This document shows positions 1 to 6,722 of a stretch of 64,000 bases of DNA, in pieces (positions within the stretch are counted from its first letter, which is position 1; each line of letters begins with the position of its first letter). Below the pieces are notes generated by a model. It saw nothing but the letters and a program-made list of their open reading frames with translations. It did no database searches and was not told where the DNA came from. The stretch spans positions 192,001 through 256,000 of the forward strand of contig CAWANH010000028.1 in the NCBI GenBank assembly GCA_963783375.1, read 5' to 3'. Source of the DNA: Candidatus Eiseniibacteriota bacterium (GTDB lineage: Bacteria > Eisenbacteria > RBG-16-71-46 > JABDJR01). The translations under genes and the position numbers were made by a program.

Positions 1-77
1 GGGACTCCGCTCGACCAGCCCCGGACCGCGGCGATCGCTTCCGGCCCGGGGACTCCGCTCGACTAGCCCCGGACCGC
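1..77. repeat. 48-bp-period direct repeat overlapping the leuB-like stop codon (truncated by window edge)
   Basis: gggactccgctcgac(c/t)agccccggaccgc at 1-29 and 49-77; the second copy contains the stop (cta 63-65). Confidence 0.8.
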
Positions 78-1118
78 CGCAGCCAGGATGTCCCCGATCT
101 GGGAAGTGGAGAGCCCGCAGTTCGCGGTCAGCCCCGGGATCTTCCTGGACCGGAGGTTCTCGGCGATGGCGTTCTCGACCGTCGTCGCGGCCTCGGTTTC
201 TCCCACGAAATCCAGCAGCATCTGGGCCGAGGCCACCGCGGCCACCGGGTTGGCCACGTTCTTCCCCGCATACTTGGGGGCCGAGCCGTGGATGGGTTCG
301 AACATGCCGTCCTTGCCGGGGTGGATGTTGCCGCTGGCCGCCGCCCCCATGCCGCCCTGGATCATGGCTCCGAGATCGGTGATGATGTCGCCGAACATGT
401 TGGGGACCACCACGGTGTCGAACCAGTCGGGGTTCTTGACCAGCCACATGGTGGTGGCGTCCACGTAGGCGTGGTCCTGCTCGATGTCGGGGTACTCGGT
501 TCCGACCTCGGCGAAGGTGCGGGTCCAGAGGTCGTAGGCCCGGACCGCGTTGGCCTTGTCGACCATGGTCAGCTTCTTCCGCTTCCGGCCGCGGGCGACC
601 TCGAAGGCGTAGCGGATGATCCGCTCGGTGCCCTTCCGGGTAAGGAGCAGTTCCTGGGTGGCCACCTCGTCCGGGGTTCCCTTCTTGAAGAACCCGTGGG
701 TGCCCACGTAGAGGTCCTCGGTGTTCTCCCGAAGGATGACCATGTCCACCTTCTCCGGGGTCATGTTCTTCAGGGGGCAGAGGTGCTCGGCGTAAAGCTT
801 GATGGGCCGGAGGTTCACGTAGAGATCCAGCCCGAACCGGCAACCGGCCACCACCGCCCGCTCCAGGAGCCCGGTCTCCATCCGCGGGTCGCCGATGGCC
901 CCCAGGAGCACCGCGTCCTGCTGGCGGTACTCGTCCAGGGCGGAGTCCGGCATGAGAACGCCGGTCTCGAGGAAGTGATTCCCGCTCCAGGGATAGTGGG
1001 TGGTCTTGAGGCCGAAGCCGTAACGCTCCCCGGCCGCCTTCAAAACCTTTAGCGCCTCGTCGGTGACTTCGGGGCCGATCCCGTCCCCCGGGATCACAGC
1101 GATGGTGTAGGTCTTCAA
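63..1118 (-). CDS. leuB: 3-isopropylmalate dehydrogenase (isocitrate/isopropylmalate dehydrogenase family)
   Basis: IAVIPGDGIGPEV start, NLRP, RENTEDLY, DKAN, PNMFGDIITD and FEPIHGSAPKYAGKNVANP motifs; TTG start. A tartrate-DH-like specificity is not excluded. Confidence 0.8.
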   Translation of the reverse strand: MKTYTIAVIPGDGIGPEVTDEALKVLKAAGERYGFGLKTTHYPWSGNHFLETGVLMPDSALDEYRQQDAVLLGAIGDPRMETGLLERAVVAGCRFGLDLYVNLRPIKLYAEHLCPLKNMTPEKVDMVILRENTEDLYVGTHGFFKKGTPDEVATQELLLTRKGTERIIRYAFEVARGRKRKKLTMVDKANAVRAYDLWTRTFAEVGTEYPDIEQDHAYVDATTMWLVKNPDWFDTVVVPNMFGDIITDLGAMIQGGMGAAASGNIHPGKDGMFEPIHGSAPKYAGKNVANPVAAVASAQMLLDFVGETEAATTVENAIAENLRSRKIPGLTANCGLSTSQIGDILAAAVRG

Positions 1119-1167
1119 GCTCGTCTACCTCGCGCCGGGGACGTTCGGCCCCGGATGGTTTCGCGGT

Positions 1168-1419
1168 TTCAGGGACGCTCCACGATCATGGCGATCCCCT
1201 GCCCGCGTTGATATCGATTTCAGGGACGCTTTACGGTCCCGGCTCACCCTCGATGACGATCTCGGGGAGGCTCCACCATCCCTCGCCCGCCCCGTCGGCG
1301 GGTTCAGGGACGCTCCACCGGCCGCCTGGCCGGCGCGCCGCATGGAGGCTCCACCATCCCTCGCCCGCCCCGGCGGCGGGTTCAGGGACGCTCCACGATC
1401 ATGGCGATCCCCTGCCCGC
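1168..1419. repeat. Mosaic tandem repeats downstream of thiolase, including an exact 39-bp copy of the thiolase 3' end
   Basis: 1168-1206 is identical to 1381-1419; ttcagggacgct also at 1219 and 1303; 78-bp-period duplication 1266-1318 / 1344-1396. Confidence 0.85.
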
Positions 1420-2596
1420 CTCCGATGCAGGCGCTGGCCACGCCGCGCCGGGCCCCCCGGCGCTTCATCTCCATGGTCAGGGTCAATAGAAGCCTGGCCC
1501 CGGTGGCCCCCAGGGGGTGGCCGAGGGCGATGGCGCCTCCGTTCACGTTCACCTTCTCCCGGTCCAGACCCAGCTCCTTCTCCACCGCCAGGTACTGGCC
1601 GGCGAAGGCCTCGTTGATCTCGATCAGGTCGAGGTCCCCGATCGTAAGCTCCGCCTTTTCGAGGGCCCGGCGGATGGCCGGCGCGGGCCCGATCCCCATC
1701 TCGCTCGGCTCCACCCCCACGTAGGCCCAGGACACGATCCGGGCCAGGGGCTCGCCCCCCATCGCCTTCGCGCTCGCCTCGTCGGCCACCACCAGGGCGG
1801 CGGCCCCGTCCACGATCCCGCTGGCGTTCCCGGCGGTGACCATGCCGTCCTTGCTGAAGGCGGGCGGAAGCTGGGCGAGCTGCTCCAGGTCGGTGTGGGT
1901 CCGCATGTGGTCGTCGTCGGCCACCTTCACCGTCTTCCCGCGGCCGGCGGGCGCCTCGACCGGAACGATCTCCTCGGCGAGGATCCCGGCGTCGCGAGCC
2001 CGCGTGGCCTCGGAGTGGCTGCGCAGGGCGTAGAGGTCCTGCTCCTCGCGCGTCACCCCGTATCTGGTCGCCAGCTTCTCCGCGGTCTGGGCCATGTAGA
2101 GCCCGCACTGGGTATCCAGGAGCCCGACCATGAGCGTGTCCTCGAGCTTGCCCTGGCCGAGCTTGAACCCGCGGCGGGCCCCGCGGATCACGTGCGGGGC
2201 CTGGCTCATGTTCTCGGTGCCTCCGGCGAGGATGATCTTCGACTCGCCGAGAAGGATCTGCTCGGCGGAATTGATCACCGCCTGGATGCCGGAGCCGCAG
2301 AGCCGATTCACGGTGAGGGCGGGGACCGGCACCGGCACCCCCGCGCGGAGCCCGATGTGGCGGGCCCCGTAGATCGCGTCCCCCGAGGTCTGCATCACGT
2401 TTCCGAAGATGACCTGGTCGATGCGGTCGGCGGCGACCCCGCTCCGCTCCAGGGCCGCGACCGAGGCGGTGACCGCGAGATCGATGGCCGAGACCCGGCC
2501 GAGCGCGCCCCCGGGCCGGCCGTCCCCGGTCTTCGATCCCTCGTACTCGCACATGGGGGTGCGGGCGCCGTTCACGATGTAGACGGCTTTGGCCAT
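1382..2596 (-). CDS. Acetyl-CoA C-acyltransferase (thiolase)
   Basis: NRLCGSG active-site Cys, NEAFA, GGAIALGHPLGATG and CIGGGQG motifs; ATG at 2596 with GGAG upstream. Confidence 0.95.
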   Translation of the reverse strand: MAKAVYIVNGARTPMCEYEGSKTGDGRPGGALGRVSAIDLAVTASVAALERSGVAADRIDQVIFGNVMQTSGDAIYGARHIGLRAGVPVPVPALTVNRLCGSGIQAVINSAEQILLGESKIILAGGTENMSQAPHVIRGARRGFKLGQGKLEDTLMVGLLDTQCGLYMAQTAEKLATRYGVTREEQDLYALRSHSEATRARDAGILAEEIVPVEAPAGRGKTVKVADDDHMRTHTDLEQLAQLPPAFSKDGMVTAGNASGIVDGAAALVVADEASAKAMGGEPLARIVSWAYVGVEPSEMGIGPAPAIRRALEKAELTIGDLDLIEINEAFAGQYLAVEKELGLDREKVNVNGGAIALGHPLGATGARLLLTLTMEMKRRGARRGVASACIGGGQGIAMIVERP

Positions 2597-2629
2597 CAAA
2601 TGTCTCCGTTCGCGTTCATCGAGGCGCGG

Positions 2630-2800
2630 TCGGTCATTTCGGTTGTCCCGGTCGTAGCGCTTGTCTCGGTCGTTGCAGTTGAATCGGGCGCTGCGGTTGT
2701 CTCGGTCATTGCGTTCGTATCGGTCGATGCGGTTGTATCCGGCGCCGCGTTCGTATCGGTCGCTGCGGTTGTCTCGGTCGTAGCGGTTGTCTCGATCTCC
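2630..2800. repeat. Degenerate 18-bp tandem repeat (about 9 units) upstream of thiolase
   Basis: Units of the form gttgtctcggtcgttgcg / ttcgtatcggtcgatgcg recur every 18 bp. Confidence 0.75.
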
Positions 2801-2836
2801 GCGGCGGCCGGGCGCCCCGCCCGCGTCCCGCGTTGG

Positions 2837-2965
2837 CCGGCGGTCGAACCGTACCGCCCGGCCCGTCAGCCGAGCCCGTCAGCCGAGTCCGTCCCTCGCC
2901 GCCCGGCGGTCGAGCCGTACCGCACGGCCCGTCAGCCGAGCCCGTCCCTCGCCGCCCGGCGGTCA
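2837..2965. repeat. 53/66-bp-period tandem repeat anchored on the crotonase stop codon
   Basis: ccggcggtc at 2837, 2903 and 2956, the last running into the stop (tca 2963-2965); internal 13-bp duplication gcccgtcagccga. Confidence 0.8.
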
Positions 2966-3745
2966 GTTCCCCTTGAAATCCGGTTTGCGTTTCTCCAGGA
3001 AGGCGGCCGTCCCTTCCTTCATGTCGTCGGTGGCGGCGGAAAGCCCGAAGAGGTGCGCCTCCCAGCCCAGAGCATCGTCGAGCCCCATCTCCATCCCCCC
3101 GTGGACCGCCTCCATGGAGAACCGGAGCGCGAGGGGCCCCTTCTCCATCAGGGTACCCGCGAGCTTCCGAGCCGCATCCATGAGCTCGGCGGCGGGCACC
3201 ACCTGGTTCACCAATCCCATGGACAGAGCTTCCTCGGCCTTCACCATCCGGCCGGTCAGGATCAGGTCCATGGCGCGCCCCTTCCCCACCAGCCGGGCCA
3301 GGCGCTGGGTGCCCCCGTAGCCGGGGATGATCCCCAGGTTCACCTCGGGCTGACCCAGGCGGGCAGTGTCCGCGGCGACCCTCAGCGTACAGGCCATGGC
3401 AACCTCGCAGCCGCCCCCCAGGGCGAACCCGTTGATTGCGGCGATGATCGGTTTCCCCAAAAGCTCCATCTCCCGGGTCAACCGCTGGCCGCGCCGGGCG
3501 AAGTCTACCGCCTCCACCGTCCCCAGCCGGGCCAGCTCGGCGATGTCGGCGCCGGCGGCGAAGGCCTTCTCCCCGCTCCCGGTCAGGATCACCACCTTGA
3601 CCGCGGGGTCGTGCTTGGCCCGGGACACGGCCTCGGAGAGTTCGCCGACGAGCTGGACGTTGAGGGCGTTCAGGACCTGTGGACGGTTGAGCGTCACCAG
3701 GGCGATGCCGCCTTCGGTTGTGTAGGACAGGGTCTCGAATGCCAT
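2963..3745 (-). CDS. crt: Enoyl-CoA hydratase (crotonase)
   Basis: MAFETLSY...TLNRPQVLNALN, AFAAGADI, GFALGGGCE, GQPEVNLGIIPGYGGTQRL; ATG overlaps upstream TGA (TGATG). The 600-aa ORF in the track is an upstream over-extension. Confidence 0.93.
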   Translation of the reverse strand: MAFETLSYTTEGGIALVTLNRPQVLNALNVQLVGELSEAVSRAKHDPAVKVVILTGSGEKAFAAGADIAELARLGTVEAVDFARRGQRLTREMELLGKPIIAAINGFALGGGCEVAMACTLRVAADTARLGQPEVNLGIIPGYGGTQRLARLVGKGRAMDLILTGRMVKAEEALSMGLVNQVVPAAELMDAARKLAGTLMEKGPLALRFSMEAVHGGMEMGLDDALGWEAHLFGLSAATDDMKEGTAAFLEKRKPDFKGN

Positions 3746-4629
3746 CAGATGAGTCCTTCCGTGGGCCGGGGCGGATCCTGGGAGTAGTCGTAGAACCCCT
3801 TCCCCGATTTCCGCCCGTAGTACCCGGCCAGGACCATGCGCTTGAGCAGGGTCGGCGCGGCGTACTGCGGGCCCTTGAATTCGTCGAACATGATGTTCGC
3901 GATGTAGTAGGTGGTGTCGAGGCCGACGAAGTCGAGGAGCGTGAACGGTCCCATGGGGTGGCCGGTGCCGAGCTTCATCCCCTGGTCGATGTCCTCGATC
4001 GAGGCCACGCCCTTCTCCAGGGCGCGAACCGCGTCGAGGAGGTAGGGAACGAGGAGCAGGTTGACCACGAACCCCGGGCTGTCCTTGACCAGGATGGGCG
4101 ACTTGCCGAGCTTCCGCGCGAAGGCCATCCCGGTTTCCACGGTGTCCGGGGAGGTGCGGACGGTCTTCACCACCTCCACCAGCTTCATGACGGGAACCGG
4201 GTTGAAGAAGTGGAGGCCGAGAAAGCGCTCGGGGCGGCCGGTCATGGCTGCCATCTCGGTGATCGAAAGGCTCGAGGTGTTGCTGGCCAGGACCGTGGTC
4301 TCGGGGCAGGCGCGGTCGAGGACGGTGAAGACCTCGCGCTTGAGATCGATGCTTTCGGTGACCGCTTCGATGACCAGGTCCGATTCGCCCAGGGCTTCCA
4401 GGTCGGTGGTCCCCTGGATGCGGGCGAGGGCGGCGTCCGCGTCCTCGCGGGAGAGCTTGCTCTTGGCCACCGCGCCGTCCAGGAACTTCCGGATCCGGGC
4501 GAGGCCCTTGTCGAGGAGAGCCTGATCGACCTCGCGAACCGTGACCTTGAGGCCGGCCTGGGCCGCGCTCTGAACGATGCCGGCGCCCATGAGTCCGCAC
4601 CCGACCACGCCCACCCGTTTCACTTCCAT
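3745..4629 (-). CDS. hbd: 3-hydroxybutyryl-CoA / 3-hydroxyacyl-CoA dehydrogenase
   Basis: VGVVGCGLMGAGI Rossmann motif, VIEAVTE, SNTSSLSI, GLHFFNPVPVMKLVE, GHPMGPF, GRKSGKGFYDY; AGGAG RBS. Confidence 0.95.
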   Translation of the reverse strand: MEVKRVGVVGCGLMGAGIVQSAAQAGLKVTVREVDQALLDKGLARIRKFLDGAVAKSKLSREDADAALARIQGTTDLEALGESDLVIEAVTESIDLKREVFTVLDRACPETTVLASNTSSLSITEMAAMTGRPERFLGLHFFNPVPVMKLVEVVKTVRTSPDTVETGMAFARKLGKSPILVKDSPGFVVNLLLVPYLLDAVRALEKGVASIEDIDQGMKLGTGHPMGPFTLLDFVGLDTTYYIANIMFDEFKGPQYAAPTLLKRMVLAGYYGRKSGKGFYDYSQDPPRPTEGLI

Positions 4630-4894
4630 GGGGTTCTCCTTGATCCGGGCGCACTGCCGGCGCGCCGGCGGCGCAATCGTCGGCGACACGCGAGGGCAAT
4701 GCCCGACCGGCGTCTGACTGATTGTGAATAACCGGGGCGGCCGTAGCGAACCGGCGTCGCGCCATCCGGGAGATTCGTCAGAAGGAACGGCTCGGGGAGC
4801 ACCACCGATCCGTCGGGAATCGAGGCCAAAAGGCTAGCACCGGGTTCGATCGCCGACAAGCACGGGTGGGTTCGGGGTGGCGCCACCGTCGCGG

Positions 4895-6589
4895 TCAACC
4901 GACTGATTCGGTCCGGTTGTCGCCCCGTGGAATCGGGCTGGCCCCCGGCGGGGGGACTCCGGTGCGATGGATTGCCGCCGCACCGACCGACGACGCCTCC
5001 CCGGGTTCGCGACGAGGCGTCCTAGGCGACGCCTCCCCGGGTTCGCGACGAGGCGTCCTAGGCGATGCTTCCCCGGGTTCGCGAAGAGGCGTTCTAGGCG
5101 ATGCTTCCCCGGGTACACGATTCGGCGATCCTGGCGATGCCTCCCCGGATTCGCGATGACGCGCCCTGGGCAGTGCTTCCCCGGGTACACATTGAGAGGG
5201 GAGCTCCGCGCACTTCCGTTCGATGTGCGCTTCCGCGCGCTCCCGCGCGCGGTCCCCCATCTCGTGGATGGCGCGGTGGCAGCTCGCGCAGAGGGTCACC
5301 AGGTTTTCCATCGTGTTCGCTCCCCCGGCCGCACGCGGTGACCGGTGGTGCACGGCGAGGAACCGCGAGCTTCCGCACCCCGCAACGCAACAACGGTGAC
5401 CATCCCGCTCCAGGACCGCCCGGCGGAGCGACGGCGGAATCGTCGCCCGGTTCCGCTTCCCGGGGCGATGAACCTGCGCATCACAGAGGACGGCTTCCAG
5501 TTCGGCGGCACGGAGGGACTTCGACCCGCGGCCCGTCACGACAGCGCCCGTGTTGCAGTCCGGGCACTGCTGAACGACGACCTGGTAGGTCCGGAGCGGC
5601 GCTCGCCAGGTCGCCTCGGGTGGGCCGGCCGGAGCTTCGTGGACGCGGATGCCGCCTGCCGCCCTGGGCTCAGGTTCGGCGGCACCGGCGTGACCGGGCC
5701 GCACCCCGGTCCGGGCGGAACATCGCGTTCCAAGGACGCCCGGCCCCCGCCTCGACCTTGCGTCTCCGCTCGTCGGCATTTTGGCGGCCGGCCCGGTTCC
5801 GGGAGTAGATGCGTTTCCAACCGTGGACGGCGTTTCATCAAAGGTGATGGGGCGTTCGCCAGCGGCCACCCGCCCCCGGCCCTGCCCGAGCAGCGCGGCG
5901 AGCCCGGCCACGACCAGGTCTTCCACGGGGCCCTTCCAGCCTTCCTTGCGGAGCCTCTCCACCAGGGCGCCATACTCCGCGTACTGGAGCGCGGGGAAGC
6001 GGAGCCGGACCTCCTCGGGCATCGCGCGAATCAGGTCGGGCACCTCGGGGCCCCGAACCACGACGCCATTGCCGGTCGGCGGGGCGTCGTTCGCCTCGGC
6101 AGGCTTGTGTCCGGGCTCCTCAGTGGCCGCCAGCGAGGTTAGAGCGAGACTCCCCTGATCCCGCCCGGGACCACGAGCCTCCCGCGCCCGCCCCCGGGCG
6201 ATCGCGATCTTCTTCTCCAGCGCGCGGCGGCTCGATCGCTTCGCTTCGCTGACCCAGGCGCGTTCGGTCTCGGGTGTGGCCACCCTCACGACCTCCCTCG
6301 CCTTGGTCCAGGGCATCTCTCCGGCGGCGAGAGATCTGTGAAGGATGGGCAGCTCGGCCAGGGACCCCGCGAGGCGGATGTAGGCGGAGCATCGGCTCCT
6401 GGAAAACCCGTGTTGTTCGGCGGTGTAGGCGTAGATCGAGGTGTAGCCGAGCTCGAGGTAGAGCCTGCGGCGAAGGATGTCGGAGAACCAGAGGACGAGG
6501 TTCTTCCGCGCAGCCTCAGCTTCTGTGAGCGTATGACTGAATCGCTCGTGGGCCCGGCGCGCGGGCAGGTTCGGTTCGAATTTCGGCAT
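4895..6589 (-). CDS. HNH endonuclease with DUF222-like N-terminal region (564 aa)
   Basis: C-terminal IPPSLRRAVLERDGHRCCVAGC...VHH...GGANTMENLVTLCASCHRAIH HNH/Zn motif; N-terminal LYLELGYTSIYAY...SLAAGEMPWTKAREVVRVATPETE typical of DUF222-type HNH proteins; GGAAGG RBS and promoter upstream of ATG 6589. Confidence 0.85.
   Translation of the reverse strand: MPKFEPNLPARRAHERFSHTLTEAEAARKNLVLWFSDILRRRLYLELGYTSIYAYTAEQHGFSRSRCSAYIRLAGSLAELPILHRSLAAGEMPWTKAREVVRVATPETERAWVSEAKRSSRRALEKKIAIARGRAREARGPGRDQGSLALTSLAATEEPGHKPAEANDAPPTGNGVVVRGPEVPDLIRAMPEEVRLRFPALQYAEYGALVERLRKEGWKGPVEDLVVAGLAALLGQGRGRVAAGERPITFDETPSTVGNASTPGTGPAAKMPTSGDARSRRGPGVLGTRCSARTGVRPGHAGAAEPEPRAAGGIRVHEAPAGPPEATWRAPLRTYQVVVQQCPDCNTGAVVTGRGSKSLRAAELEAVLCDAQVHRPGKRNRATIPPSLRRAVLERDGHRCCVAGCGSSRFLAVHHRSPRAAGGANTMENLVTLCASCHRAIHEMGDRARERAEAHIERKCAELPSQCVPGEALPRARHRESGEASPGSPNRVPGEASPRTPLREPGEASPRTPRREPGEASPRTPRREPGEASSVGAAAIHRTGVPPPGASPIPRGDNRTESVG
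4991..5190. repeat. 36-bp tandem repeat (5.5 units) in the HNH 3' end, encoding (E/V)PGEASPRTPRR repeats
   Basis: Units start at 4991, 5027, 5063, 5099, 5135 and 5171; first two identical, others progressively diverged; core tgcttccccggg. Confidence 0.9.
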
Positions 6590-6630
6590 GATGCGACCTT
6601 CCCGGAGTTGGATTGGACGGGGAAAGTCGA

Positions 6631-6666
6631 TACCAGGAGTATGCCTGGTAGTCATCGATATGTCAA
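6631..6666 (-). promoter_or_regulatory. Sigma70-type promoter of the HNH gene with the -10 box enclosed by an inverted repeat
   Basis: Minus strand TTGACA (6666-6661), 17 nt, CATACT (6643-6638); TACCAGG/CCTGGTA arms at 6631-6637 and 6644-6650; lies in an AT-rich patch. Confidence 0.75.
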
Positions 6667-6722
6667 TATAAAAAATTCCAAGGAATGCGTTTTTTATGCG
6701 ACGTCCACGTGAGGCAGGTCGT

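Noticed and set aside
1168-1396. Mini-CRISPR built on ttcagggacgct
   Set aside because: The repeat is only 12-16 bp, derives from the thiolase 3' end, has irregular spacing, and its spacers are partly duplicated.
4991-5190. TIGR-like 36-nt guide array with an HNH (TasH-like) effector
   Set aside because: The unit length matches, but the repeats are in frame inside the CDS, two units are identical, no dual-repeat/box C-D layout is evident and no Nop domain is recognisable in the protein.
4895-6589. IscB/Cas9-like or group II intron-encoded protein
   Set aside because: No PLMP, RuvC or reverse-transcriptase motifs are visible.
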